A DNA stretch of 42,196 nt from a virus (Duplodnaviria > Heunggongvirae > Uroviricota > Caudoviricetes): IMG/VR virus record IMGVR_UViG_2609460218_000018, positions 1 through 42,196 of that record; one strand, given 5' to 3'. Of this stretch, positions 16,559-26,422 are shown one piece after another (position 1 is the stretch's first letter; the number at the start of each line of letters is the position of its first letter). The position numbers and the translations under genes are program-made. A model generated the notes under the pieces. It saw nothing but the letters and a program-made list of their open reading frames with translations, had not been told where the DNA came from and did no database searches.

Positions 16559-16968
16559 GCATCACCACGATTAAAAACCTCATCCCATTCATTTTCGCGC
16601 TGATCATCATCGGCTTCATCGTAAAGCTCGGCGCTGACAACCGGCAGTTGCGCATCAGTAACGCTTCTCTTACCGCAGAATCGAAGCAACTCAACGTCAA
16701 GAATAACGATCTGGCCACAACGCTGCAGAATCTGACCGACGCCGTCACCGACATGAACAAGTTGGTAGATAAAGAGGCCAAGCGACGAGCAGCAGCAGAA
16801 ATGAAATCACAGAGATTGCAGGAAGAGGTGAAAGATGCGCTTAAAAACAACAAGTGCTCTATCGAGCTTATTCCTGATTCTGTCATTGAGCAGTTGCGCA
16901 GACAGGCAGATTCAATACGAAGTGGTAAAGACGCCAACAGTACCGATACCGGCAAATCTTCTGGTTGA
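16555..16968 (+). CDS. i-spanin (Rz-like)
   Basis: N-terminal TM helix then coiled-coil periplasmic domain; overlaps the endolysin stop. Confidence 0.7.
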   Translation: MSITTIKNLIPFIFALIIIGFIVKLGADNRQLRISNASLTAESKQLNVKNNDLATTLQNLTDAVTDMNKLVDKEAKRRAAAEMKSQRLQEEVKDALKNNKCSIELIPDSVIEQLRRQADSIRSGKDANSTDTGKSSG

Positions 16969-17125
16969 CTGCTTCATACCGACCATCAAAGAAGACATGA
17001 CGTTCGGTGACAGTGTGCAGCTAAACGTTGCTCTGCTTGGTGCGCTGGATACCTGCAACGGACAGGTTCGAACCATCCGAGAAATAGAATCCTCCCGACA
17101 AGGAAAGATTGCTCAACCCCAATAA
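16835..17125 (+). CDS. o-spanin (Rz1-like lipoprotein) overlapping the Rz 3' end in another frame
   Basis: Lipobox LSLSSCA and Pro-rich mature region (PTVPIPANLL); starts inside Rz and runs ~157 bp beyond it. Confidence 0.6.
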   Translation: MRLKTTSALSSLFLILSLSSCADRQIQYEVVKTPTVPIPANLLVDCFIPTIKEDMTFGDSVQLNVALLGALDTCNGQVRTIREIESSRQGKIAQPQ

Positions 17126-17212
17126 GGCGGTGATCAAATCTTGCTGACGGGTAAGCCGTAAGTGACCAATCACTACTGAGAAGCAGAGAAACCGTTGCGC
17201 TAAGGAGAAGGT

Positions 17213-17713
17213 ATGTCGCTTTATCCATTTGGTAGTGTGCCAGGGCCAGCGGGTCCGGCTGGACCATCATTAGTAAGACAGAAATCAGAGTGCTACTTCA
17301 GCGGTTTAAGCCTGGTAATTCCAACCACGCCAACCAATCTGATTAACCTAATTAAAAACCTGGCGCACAGCGGATCACTTGCACCGTTCTTTAACACAAC
17401 GACTAACAAGCTGAACGTGTTCAACCAGAACACTACGGTAACGTTCAAGGTTAACGTGATCGGCACATGGTCTGGTGCTTCAACCAACAGAAGTATGACA
17501 GTCGACTTTCCGCAGACCAACGGTAACTCGCTCACCAAGACGCGAGATGCACAGGTCACGACAGACATTCTTTCTTTCCCGACGTTCTTCAGTGTCGACA
17601 AGGACGGGAATCTGGCAACCAGCGGTAGTGACATCACCATCGTATCGAACGGCGCGACATTTACTGCCACAGCAATTCTTCTCGTAGCTGAACAGATGGT
17701 TCCTAACCCTTAA
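17213..17713 (+). CDS. hypothetical protein with short collagen-like motif (PGPAGPAGP), beta-rich
   Basis: 166-aa ORF with GAGAAGG RBS; Thr/Asn/Ser-rich. Confidence 0.45.
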   Translation: MSLYPFGSVPGPAGPAGPSLVRQKSECYFSGLSLVIPTTPTNLINLIKNLAHSGSLAPFFNTTTNKLNVFNQNTTVTFKVNVIGTWSGASTNRSMTVDFPQTNGNSLTKTRDAQVTTDILSFPTFFSVDKDGNLATSGSDITIVSNGATFTATAILLVAEQMVPNP

Positions 17714-17721
17714 GGTGAAAC

Positions 17722-17970
17722 ATGCAATTACTAAACGTACCCGCACCTAAAGGCGTGTGGACTCAGGCCTATGATGGAACCGCAGAGGCAACCATCGCTA
17801 TCTCTGGTACTGAGGCATATATCTGCCAGTCAACATCAGCACCGGGAAACCTCATTGGTCTCCCATTTAGCGGATCCTCTTTGACTCAGTACATTTACCA
17901 CGCCTCTTCTGGCACTCCTGTATACGTCAAGCCACTTAACGCTGACGCAATCATTATCGTTAACGCATAG
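17722..17970 (+). CDS. hypothetical protein
   Basis: 82-aa ORF, tightly packed. Confidence 0.4.
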   Translation: MQLLNVPAPKGVWTQAYDGTAEATIAISGTEAYICQSTSAPGNLIGLPFSGSSLTQYIYHASSGTPVYVKPLNADAIIIVNA

Positions 17971-17978
17971 GTGAAATC

Positions 17979-18182
17979 ATGCCAGCAATCGTAGTCGCTC
18001 AGTCGGGCGAAGCAGTAAGCGTAGCAAAAGCATCAGAAACCCCAGTTGCAGCAACTACCTCCACTGCAGGCACAGTTAAGCAGATGACATTCACTGCTCA
18101 GTTAACAGCAGCGCCTACTCAGGCAGACTTCAACTCCCTGCTGACGAAGCTGATCGCGGCCGGTCACATGGCCTCAAGCTGA
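17979..18182 (+). CDS. hypothetical protein
   Basis: 67-aa ORF, Ala/Thr-rich. Confidence 0.35.
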   Translation: MPAIVVAQSGEAVSVAKASETPVAATTSTAGTVKQMTFTAQLTAAPTQADFNSLLTKLIAAGHMASS

Positions 18183-18190
18183 GGTGAGAA

Positions 18191-18376
18191 ATGGCGAAAA
18201 ATAATAAATTCCTGATTTCCGTTCACCAGGATGGATTTAGTTGGGAAAACTTAGAGTCGAAGGTTGAGCCGGTTATTAAAGACGGGTTTCTGACCGTTAA
18301 ACTCACAAACGGAACACGCAGCTATAACCTGCAGAAGGTCAATCAGTACACAGTCCAATACGAAACTGAAGAGTAA
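18191..18376 (+). CDS. hypothetical protein
   Basis: 61-aa ORF. Confidence 0.35.
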   Translation: MAKNNKFLISVHQDGFSWENLESKVEPVIKDGFLTVKLTNGTRSYNLQKVNQYTVQYETEE

Positions 18377-18381
18377 TTAAT

Positions 18382-18984
18382 ATGGCAACTCCGGATTGGG
18401 AGGCCATCGAGTCGGCTTACCGTGCCGGGGTGTTGAGNCTCAGAGAGATAGCATCGCAGCATGGCATAAGTGAAGGTGCCATACGTAAGCGTGCAAAGCG
18501 AGATGACTGGTCAAGAGACATCTCTGCAAAGGTAAAAGAGCGAGCAGATGATCTGGTACGCAAAGCAGAGGTACGCAAGCAGGTACGCGCTGAATCGGCG
18601 CTCTCTGAACGCGTACTGATAGAGTCAACTGCTGAAGCTATTGCCAATGTCAGGATGGAGCATCGCGGAGATATCAGAAGGGCAAGAGAGTTAGCCAACC
18701 TGCTGTTTGAAGAGTTGTCTGTCGATTGCACTGATATTGAAATGATGAAAAAGCTTGGCGAGTTCATGTTTGAACCGGATGAGAAGACGGGTCGCGACAA
18801 GCTTAATGAGATTTACCAAAAGACAATCAGTCTGCCTTCACGCGTCAAATCCATGAAAGACCTTAGCGACACCCTCAAGACATTAATCGGCCTTGAGCGT
18901 GAAGCTTACAGCATCAAAGAGGATGAGCCTTCAAGCGTCAACAAAGGAACCAGCCTCAATGACTTCTACAACACCAACTCTTAA
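18382..18984 (+). CDS. terminase small subunit (putative)
   Basis: 200 aa; N-terminal HTH-like segment (LREIASQHGISEGAIRKRAKRDDW), charged middle; immediately upstream of and overlapping the large terminase. Confidence 0.6.
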   Translation: MATPDWEAIESAYRAGVLXLREIASQHGISEGAIRKRAKRDDWSRDISAKVKERADDLVRKAEVRKQVRAESALSERVLIESTAEAIANVRMEHRGDIRRARELANLLFEELSVDCTDIEMMKKLGEFMFEPDEKTGRDKLNEIYQKTISLPSRVKSMKDLSDTLKTLIGLEREAYSIKEDEPSSVNKGTSLNDFYNTNS

Positions 18985-20332
18985 CCCGGTATTGCGAGAC
19001 TTCTGGACTACGCAATCACGCAACAAGATTCTTTACGGTGGTCGGGCAAGCTCAAAGTCATGGGATGCAGCAGGTTTTGCTATCTACCTGGCAAACAATT
19101 ACAAGCTGCGCTTTCTCTGTGCTCGTCAGATACAAAACAAGATCGCCGAGTCGGTCTACGCGCTGCTGAAAATTCAGATTGAGCGCTTTGGCCTGCAGCC
19201 TCGTTTCCGTGTGCTGAAAGACAAGATAGTCAATCGCGTTACCGGCACGGAGTTCATCTTCTACGGACTTAAGAACAGCGTTGATGAGATTAAGTCGCTT
19301 GAGAGTATCGACGTGCTCTGGCTGGAGGAAGCCCACGCTCTAACTGAAGAACAGTGGGAGATACTGGAACCAACTATTCGTAAAGAAGGCTCTGAGTGCT
19401 GGTTTATCTTCAACCCCAATCTCTACACCGATTTCGTATACCAGAACTTCATTGTTAACCCACCGCCAAGAACGCTGGTTCGCAAGATTAATTTTGATGA
19501 GAACCCATTCTTATCGAAGACGATGCTTGAAGTCATCGACGCGGCAAAAGAGCGAGACGAGGAGGCGTTTGAGCATGTCTATCTCGGCGTGCCGCGTTCC
19601 GATGATGATGCGACGGTAATTAAACGCTCCTGGATAGAGGCATCCATCGATGCGCACATAAAACTAGGATTCGAGCCAGAAGGCATGAAACGCATCGGAT
19701 TCGACGTTGCTGATGACGGTGAGGACAAGTGTGCGATGGTGTATGCGCATGGCTCTGTGGCGTTCTGGTGTGATGAATGGTCCGCTAAAGAGGATGAGCT
19801 CAGCAAATCATGTTCTCGCGTTTATGGCGAGGCGCTTAAGCGTGATGCTCACATCACTTATGACTCTATCGGTGTTGGTGCATTTGCTGGTAGCAAGTTC
19901 GGCGAGATTAACGTAGAGCGTAAAACCCGGATCCAGTATGCGAAGTTCAACGCCGGAGACTCGGTGCATAACCCTGAAAAGCTCTACGTCGAGAAGATAA
20001 CCAACAAGGACTACTTCTCAAACATCAAGGCCCAGTCATGGTGGAGTCTTGCTGACCGGTTCAGAAATACATTCAACGCCATTAAGCGTGGTGAACCATT
20101 CAAACCAGAGAAGATGATCAGCATTTCCTCTGATATGCCATTTCTGGAAAAGCTCAAGACTGAACTTAGCACCCCCAAACGAGACTTCGATAACAACGGA
20201 CGTGTAAAGGTTGAGAGCAAAAAAGACCTGGCTAAACGCGAAATAAAGTCACCCAACCTGGCTGACGCTTTCGTCATGGCTTACGCCCCGATTAATCGAT
20301 CCCTTCTCGTTGGTAAAAACTCAGGCTGGTAA
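18959..20332 (+). CDS. terminase large subunit
   Basis: ORF 18893..20332 trimmed to MTSTTPTL...; Walker A-like (LYGGRASSKSWD), Walker B-like (IDVLWLEEAH), C-terminal nuclease region; 457 aa. Confidence 0.85.
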   Translation: MTSTTPTLNPVLRDFWTTQSRNKILYGGRASSKSWDAAGFAIYLANNYKLRFLCARQIQNKIAESVYALLKIQIERFGLQPRFRVLKDKIVNRVTGTEFIFYGLKNSVDEIKSLESIDVLWLEEAHALTEEQWEILEPTIRKEGSECWFIFNPNLYTDFVYQNFIVNPPPRTLVRKINFDENPFLSKTMLEVIDAAKERDEEAFEHVYLGVPRSDDDATVIKRSWIEASIDAHIKLGFEPEGMKRIGFDVADDGEDKCAMVYAHGSVAFWCDEWSAKEDELSKSCSRVYGEALKRDAHITYDSIGVGAFAGSKFGEINVERKTRIQYAKFNAGDSVHNPEKLYVEKITNKDYFSNIKAQSWWSLADRFRNTFNAIKRGEPFKPEKMISISSDMPFLEKLKTELSTPKRDFDNNGRVKVESKKDLAKREIKSPNLADAFVMAYAPINRSLLVGKNSGW

Positions 20333-20333
20333 C

Positions 20334-21820
20334 ATGTCAAAACGAAAAACTAGCGCCGCACAAAAGCAGCGCAAGCTTGCTGTGGGCCAGTCATGGGCAT
20401 CTGACAGTGAGATGCAAAAAAGGAAGATTGATCAGCACTTCTCAAACATGAAGCATGGTGCTTACAAGCCACCTGCTGGAGTTGTTCCTGATAATGTTGT
20501 CGTCGGTGATAGCGTCGATTATGGCATGCTGAACAGCGTGTTTGTTTCTTCTGATTCTGTGTTCATGGGGTATCCACTACTGGCTACCCTAGCTCAGAAA
20601 TCAGAGAACCGCGTCGCTTGTGAGCAGTCAGTTAATGAGGTGTTCCGCAAAGGCTTCAAAGTAAAGTCCAACGATACCGAAAATGACCGGTCAAAAATCA
20701 TCGGTCAGATTGAAGATGCGTTTGAGAAATACGCAGTAGAGAAGCACCTTAAATTGCTCGGATTCAACGCTGAGGCATTTGGTAACTCATTCCTGTTCGT
20801 GAAAATGAAAGGCGATGAGAACGAGCGCGACAAAGAGTTGCTGCTTGACCCAACGAAGATTAAGAAAGGCGATCTGGAAGGGTTTCGCGTAGTTGAGCCA
20901 TGTGGACCTATCCGCAGGCATACAATGCTATTGACCCGATCAGTCCTGATTTCTTCGTGCCGCAGCAATGGTATGTGATGGGGCGCATTGTAAGCGCCAG
21001 CAGAATGAAGTCTCTGGTGCTGTACTCAGTGCCGGACATGCTGAAGCCATCTTATAACTTTGGCGGCCTGTCACTAATTCAGATGATGCTTCCCTATGTA
21101 ACGAATTGGGAGAGCGTGCGCGACGACATCCCGAGAATTATAACGTCATTCAGGACGTACATCTGGTCTACGGATATGGAAACGTATCTGCAGGATCGCA
21201 ATGAGTTTGACAAGCGACTCGACACTCTGGTGTACGGCAAGGACAACCACGGCGTTCTGGCAATCGATAAGACTCAGGAAACTCTGGAGCAGATGAACAC
21301 ATCGCTAACCGGTTTGCATGAGCTACAAGCTGAAATGCTGCGTCTTATTTGTGTTCCATCTCGACTTAGTGTCACAAGCCTGACAGGAAGCCAGCCAAGC
21401 GGCATGAACGCCAGTGGTGAAGGAGAGCGTGAATCACAGCACGAGAACATCTCCAACAAGCAGAAGAACAGCTACAAGCCCGTTCTTGACTGGGTGCTGA
21501 AAATCCTCTGCCTGAATGAGTTTGGTGAGTTCTATGAAGACCTGTACATCGACTTTAACCCGCTGGATGAGCTGAGCGATCTGGAAATTGCTGACATCAA
21601 CAACAAGAAGGCTGACACCTACGTCAAGCTGATTGATGCTGAGGTCGTAACACCAGAGCAGGTGTGTAATGTGATCGCTGCAGATGATGATTCCGAGTTC
21701 AATGGCATCAAATATGAAGTCGTGAGCATTTACCCTGAAGGTGATCCTGATGAAGATAAAGACCCTTCGCAGGGTTCACTACAACGCGACGATAGCAAAT
21801 CAATACGCGATGTCGCTTAA
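20334..21820 (+). CDS. portal protein, interrupted by an apparent one-base frameshift near 20895-20900 (ORFs 20310..20978 and 20900..21820)
   Basis: Two overlapping ORFs total about 500 aa in the portal position after the large terminase; the second frame opens only 2 codons before its ATG. Confidence 0.55.
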
Positions 21821-22517
21821 AGAGCTTATCTCTGAAATGGTCAAGAGTGCTGATTATTGGGCTCGAGCTCAGTACAACTCACATCAGTCCGGCGAGCGAG
21901 GTATGAATGACATCGCCGAACGCCTGATTGACCTCAGAGATAGATGGGTGGCTCGTTTTTCGGATGCGGCAGTCACTATTGCGCCAAGGTTTGTTAAAGC
22001 CATCGATAGCACAGCGACCAAATCACTGAAGCGATCTCTGGGAGAAAAAGATATTCCCCGCGTGAAGTTCACAATGACACCGGAGATGACGCAAGCTGTT
22101 GATGGAATTGTCGCTGAAAACGTCAACCTGATTAAATCCATTCCTGAGAAGTATTTCACCCAGGTGCAGACGATCACCCTCCAGTCGATTACGCGAGGGC
22201 GTGACCTGCATTACATGACCGAAGAGCTTCAAAAGCAATTCGGCATCACCAGACGCCGGGCTGAAAGAATTGCTATTGACCAGAACAACAAGGCTACGGC
22301 TGAGTTATCAAGAGTCAGGCAGAAATCGCTGGGCATCACTAAAGGCATATGGATCCATTCGGGTGGCGGTAGTCATCCTCGACCCAAGCATGTGAAAGCA
22401 AACGGTCAGGAGTTCGATTTGGATAAAGGTCTGCCGGTTGGTGATAACGGTGAATACGTGTTACCAGGGCAGGAAATAAACTGCGGGTGTAGTTGGAAAC
22501 CGAAGCTTCCTTTCTGA
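21810..22517 (+). CDS. head morphogenesis protein (Mu F / SPP1 gp7 family)
   Basis: C-terminal motif HSGGGSHPRPKH...NCGCSW typical of the F-like family; start ambiguous (21741, 21750 or 21810). Confidence 0.7.
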   Translation: MSLKELISEMVKSADYWARAQYNSHQSGERGMNDIAERLIDLRDRWVARFSDAAVTIAPRFVKAIDSTATKSLKRSLGEKDIPRVKFTMTPEMTQAVDGIVAENVNLIKSIPEKYFTQVQTITLQSITRGRDLHYMTEELQKQFGITRRRAERIAIDQNNKATAELSRVRQKSLGITKGIWIHSGGGSHPRPKHVKANGQEFDLDKGLPVGDNGEYVLPGQEINCGCSWKPKLPF

Positions 22518-22526
22518 GTCAGAGAA

Positions 22527-22616
22527 ATGACAGAATTATTTTATTGGTTCGGAGCAACGCTGATATTTGGCGGATTTCTGATAGCCGGTCTGGCTATTGC
22601 AGCCATGAAAAAGTGA
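22527..22616 (+). CDS. hypothetical 29-aa hydrophobic peptide (below ORF-track cutoff)
   Basis: MTELFYWFGATLIFGGFLIAGLAIAAMKK; a single TM helix; AT-rich context. Confidence 0.25.
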   Translation: MTELFYWFGATLIFGGFLIAGLAIAAMKK

Positions 22617-22651
22617 TAAAATAAACAACTAAATCCAATTTAAGGATGACC

Positions 22652-22840
22652 ATGCAAATCCCAAAAGAATGGCGGTGGTGTAATGAGAAACGTCACTTAG
22701 TTGCTGAGATAAAGGATGGCGAAACAGAACTGGTTGTCTATAAATACTGGATTAACTCAAAGCAGAGATGGTGCTACAAAACCGACACCAGGAAGATAAT
22801 TGAATACGAGCTTGAGTTAATGGCTCGAGATAACAAATAG
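22652..22840 (+). CDS. hypothetical small protein (AT-rich moron)
   Basis: AAGGA RBS 5 nt before ATG 22652; 62 aa (MQIPKEWRWCNEKRHLVAEIKDGETELVVYKYW...); followed by its own terminator. Confidence 0.4.
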   Translation: MQIPKEWRWCNEKRHLVAEIKDGETELVVYKYWINSKQRWCYKTDTRKIIEYELELMARDNK

Positions 22841-22861
22841 GTCGCTTAGGCGGCCNTTTTT
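22839..22861 (+). terminator. intrinsic terminator
   Basis: GGTCGCttagGCGGCC, then N, then TTTTTTATTG. Confidence 0.55.
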
Positions 22862-22885
22862 TATTGCCTGAAGAAAGGTAAATCC

Positions 22886-24166
22886 ATGCCAGTACATCAA
22901 AAAGATGGCAAATGGTACTGGGGTAGCAAAGGACCGTTTGTGTCGAAAGAAAAAGCCGAAGAAGTAGAGCGAGCGGCATACGCCAATGGCTATCGAGGCG
23001 ATTCCTACGACATGGGCTCCTCCGTTCGTGCGTATGACGATTACGGACGGATGAACATCACCCAGTGCAACATCAGCAAAGAATGTGTTAGCCCATACAG
23101 GGGGTCAAGTTTGCCGGGATGGAAGGTTTTAGGACTCAATCCTGATCGCCTCTATTACATCTACCGGCCTGCAGAAGAACTTATCCGCGCCGCTGACTCG
23201 TTCAATAACGTGCCAGTGACCATTGAGCACCCCAATCAGTTAGACACGCCTGACACTCCACAGGAGCGGGTAGGCACAACCGGGACGGATACGCGATTCG
23301 AATCTCCTTACCTCGTTACCAGCATGAAGCTGTGGGACAAGGACGCGATCGAAGGTGTGGAAAATTCCACGCGGCGCGAGCTTTCCATCTTCCCTTCATT
23401 CTTCGACCTGGATATGACCCCAGGCGAGTTCATGGGTCAGGCGTATGACGGCGTTGCCAGAAACATTTCAGGTAACTCTGTCGCGCTGACCATTAAAGGC
23501 CGTGTTGGCGCTGAATGCGCCGTAGGCGATTCACAAGACCAAGAGGAAACTTTGATGGAAGGCTTGACCGACCTGATTAAAACCAAATTTGCCACAGCAT
23601 CTGATTCAGACGCTGATGAACTGGCAAAGGGCATCATGGAGCTTATGGCTCAGCATGAGCAGAAAGAAATTAACTCCGGCGATGAGGGTGAAGAAAAAGA
23701 CCTCAAAGACAAGGAAGAACGCGAACGTGCTGAGCGTGAAAAGCTGAAGAAAGAAGGCAAGGACAAGGAAGAGCAGGAAGACCTTGAGAAAAAAGAATAT
23801 CGCGAAGATTACGAGCGTAAAAAACTCGAAGGTGACGAGGAAGACAACAAAATGGGTGATAGCGCCATTCGAGATCTGGTGAGCAAAGCAAAAAATGAGG
23901 CGCTTGCAGAAGCCCGCCGTGAGTTTGCTGCAACCAGAGAAGCAATGCGTACTGTTGAGCCAGTTTATGGCCACGTATCAGGCGACTCCGCAGACGACAT
24001 CTACAAAGCTGTGCTGAAGCAAGAAAAGGTAAACATCGACGGTGTTCACCCATCAGCCTACAAAGCTCTGGTGCAGATGGCTATTCATGGCAAGACCAGC
24101 AAACAACCAGTCGGTGACTCTGCTGAGAAGCAGGCAAGCGCTGCTGACTTCAAAGACTATTTCTAA
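22886..24166 (+). CDS. head scaffolding / capsid assembly protein (DUF2213-like) with highly charged Glu/Lys-rich C-terminal region
   Basis: 426 aa; N-terminus MPVHQKDGKWYWGSKGPF; long E/K/R/D-rich segment; position between the F-like gene and the capsid gene. Confidence 0.5.
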   Translation: MPVHQKDGKWYWGSKGPFVSKEKAEEVERAAYANGYRGDSYDMGSSVRAYDDYGRMNITQCNISKECVSPYRGSSLPGWKVLGLNPDRLYYIYRPAEELIRAADSFNNVPVTIEHPNQLDTPDTPQERVGTTGTDTRFESPYLVTSMKLWDKDAIEGVENSTRRELSIFPSFFDLDMTPGEFMGQAYDGVARNISGNSVALTIKGRVGAECAVGDSQDQEETLMEGLTDLIKTKFATASDSDADELAKGIMELMAQHEQKEINSGDEGEEKDLKDKEERERAEREKLKKEGKDKEEQEDLEKKEYREDYERKKLEGDEEDNKMGDSAIRDLVSKAKNEALAEARREFAATREAMRTVEPVYGHVSGDSADDIYKAVLKQEKVNIDGVHPSAYKALVQMAIHGKTSKQPVGDSAEKQASAADFKDYF

Positions 24167-24178
24167 GGGAAACCGAAC

Positions 24179-24667
24179 ATGACTTTTCAGCAAACCGTAA
24201 CTCTGTACCCGGCTCCGGGCAAAGAAGGCGATCTGGCATCACTTAACCCTACCGCTGTAGCACTGCCGCCTGAAGGTTCTTATAAGGCTGGCGCAAGTGG
24301 TGTCTATCAGGCTCGTTGGGTGTGGGTGGATGGCACTGATCCGACTCTGGTGAATAACACTGGCACTGGACTTCCTTTAGGTTGGGTGATGAATACCGGT
24401 AAGGGTGTTCTGCCACTGAATACTACTGGTTCAATGCTGGTAGAGCCAGGAACCGATCTGGGTGTTTTCACGGTCGGTGACTTCTGGGTGCGTACCGCAA
24501 CAGCAGCAACCAAAGGACAGAAGATCTTTGCTGTTCTGGCTGATGGCACATCTAAAACCGGTGCTGCTGGTGCAACCATTTCCGGTGCAATTGAAACGCC
24601 TTACTGGGTGGCTTCTGACGCCGACGCCAACTCAATTATCAAAATGACCAAGCAGGGGGTTCTGTAA
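24179..24667 (+). CDS. hypothetical head protein (possible decoration protein)
   Basis: 162 aa, Gly/Thr-rich beta-type composition, in the head module. Confidence 0.45.
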   Translation: MTFQQTVTLYPAPGKEGDLASLNPTAVALPPEGSYKAGASGVYQARWVWVDGTDPTLVNNTGTGLPLGWVMNTGKGVLPLNTTGSMLVEPGTDLGVFTVGDFWVRTATAATKGQKIFAVLADGTSKTGAAGATISGAIETPYWVASDADANSIIKMTKQGVL

Positions 24668-25697
24668 TGGAGCTTAATCAATCCACGCTGCCGCAATATC
24701 TGAAAGTGCTGGCAGACAAGGGCGTAGTCTTCGAGAAAACCCCTTCTTATCTTTCCATGAAAGGCGTAGTTGGTGACTCCGCAGTAGATATGGCAACCGT
24801 TGCAAACGGCGGCATTCCTGCCGCGGCTGCACAGGTCATCGACCCGATGATCATCAAGCAACTTTTCGCGCCTACTGTGGCAACACAGATTTACCCGGAA
24901 GTGAAGAAAGGAACCTGGGCTGTGCAGGATGTTTTGTTCCCGCGCACTGAAGAAGCGTATGAAATCGTTGCTTATGACGACCGTTCTCGCGCTGGCTCTA
25001 CCCACGTAAACTCCAACTGGGAACAGCGTCGGCAGATGCGATTCCAGGGTATGAACGAATGGGGCGATCTGGAACAAGAGAAGTACGGCATGGCGCTGAT
25101 TCCTTATGTTGCCATGAAGCAAGCGGCTGGTGTTGATGCAATCAACCGTTTCTTTAACAAGTCCTATATGTACGGTATTTCTGGTGCGCCAAACTTCGGC
25201 ATCATGAATGACCCGGCACTCCCTGCAGCGTTGACCCCGATCACCACCGCTGACGGTAAAGTGAAATGGCTGACAAAGACGCCGTTGGCATCTTCAACGA
25301 TGTGAAGAAGATGTTCACAAATCTGGCGGCAAAAAACCAAGGCCTGGTGCAGGAAACCAGCCCGATGAAACTGGTTGTTAGCCCAAGCGATAACGCTTCT
25401 TTGGGCGCAATCAACGCACTGGGTACGGCTTCCGCTATCGACCTGATTAAGAAGACCTATACCAGCCTGACCGTTGTTGTCGTTCCTGAGTTTGGCACTC
25501 CATCAGGCGGCCTTATTCAGCTGATCGCCGAAAGTCTTGGTGGCACTCCTGTCGGCAATACCGTCTATACCGAAAAAATGCGTGCATTCCCGGTATTCGT
25601 TGAGCACTCAATGACCAGCCAGAAACTGGCAGCCGGTACTCTCGGCACCGTTATCTACCGCCCATCAGGCGTTGTTCAAATGACAGGGACTCTCTAA
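24667..25697 (+). CDS. major capsid protein (putative), interrupted by an apparent one-base frameshift near 25262-25266 (ORFs 24667..25305 and 25266..25697)
   Basis: Two overlapping ORFs total about 343 aa in the capsid position; the second frame opens 3 codons before its ATG inside an A-run. Confidence 0.5.
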
Positions 25698-26017
25698 TGG
25701 CTAACGTAGTAGTAAGTAGCAAGCTCATTCACGGCACCGTTTTTGAAGTTAACGGTAAAGAGATCGTGGTAAACGGGCAGAATAGCAGCGAACTCGTTGC
25801 TGTTCGCGGTTACGAAGGCGTGTGCGGTTTGACTCATATGCCTGAAGAACTGTGGCAGGCCATTGAAAGCAAGTACGCCGGAATGACAGCCATCAAAGAC
25901 GGTTTTATTTTCGCTCAGAAAAACGAGGCTAACGCTAAAGCTGCAGCAGAAGACAAAAAAGACCTGAAGACTGGCGGTGAGCAACACGTTCTGAAGAAAG
26001 GCGAAAAAGAGGAATAA
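25697..26017 (+). CDS. hypothetical head-associated protein
   Basis: 106-aa ORF whose ATG overlaps the upstream stop. Confidence 0.45.
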   Translation: MANVVVSSKLIHGTVFEVNGKEIVVNGQNSSELVAVRGYEGVCGLTHMPEELWQAIESKYAGMTAIKDGFIFAQKNEANAKAAAEDKKDLKTGGEQHVLKKGEKEE

Positions 26018-26020
26018 CAC

Positions 26021-26422
26021 ATGGGCGTGGTAACTCTGGATGTGGCTGAGTGGAAGTCGAAATATCCACAATATAACGCGCTGACAAACCAGCAGGTAGA
26101 AGACCTGTTTTACGCCGCAACTACCTATCTGGAGAACACGCCTCAATGTGTGATTAGCGACGAGGAGAAGAGGAAGTATTTTCTCTATCTCCTGACAGCC
26201 CACATTGCTTACTTATTCTACGTTGATGCAAATGGAGATGGCGGCTTAACCGGTATGGTTGGCCGCCTTACTTCTGCGACAGAGGGTAGTGTAAGCGTGG
26301 GATCATCAATGGCTAATGTCCCCTTCAATGCTGAATTCTTCCTCCAGTCCCCATACGGTTTTATGTTCTGGCAAGCCACGAAGATTTATCGAATGGGATT
26401 CTATCGTGGGAGGCGAAAATGA
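26021..26422 (+). CDS. head-tail connector protein (DUF4054-like)
   Basis: 133 aa; position and composition fit DUF4054 head completion proteins (memory-based). Confidence 0.5.
   Translation: MGVVTLDVAEWKSKYPQYNALTNQQVEDLFYAATTYLENTPQCVISDEEKRKYFLYLLTAHIAYLFYVDANGDGGLTGMVGRLTSATEGSVSVGSSMANVPFNAEFFLQSPYGFMFWQATKIYRMGFYRGRRK

Noticed and set aside
17060-17075. GGTTCGAACC in the Rz1 region as a tRNA T-arm
   Set aside because: It lies inside a coding region and is just a palindrome with no flanking tRNA structure.
20310-21820. Portal and capsid ORF pairs read as two independent genes each
   Set aside because: Combined lengths match single portal and capsid proteins and each second frame opens only 2-3 codons before its ATG; a single-base indel is more economical, though unproven.
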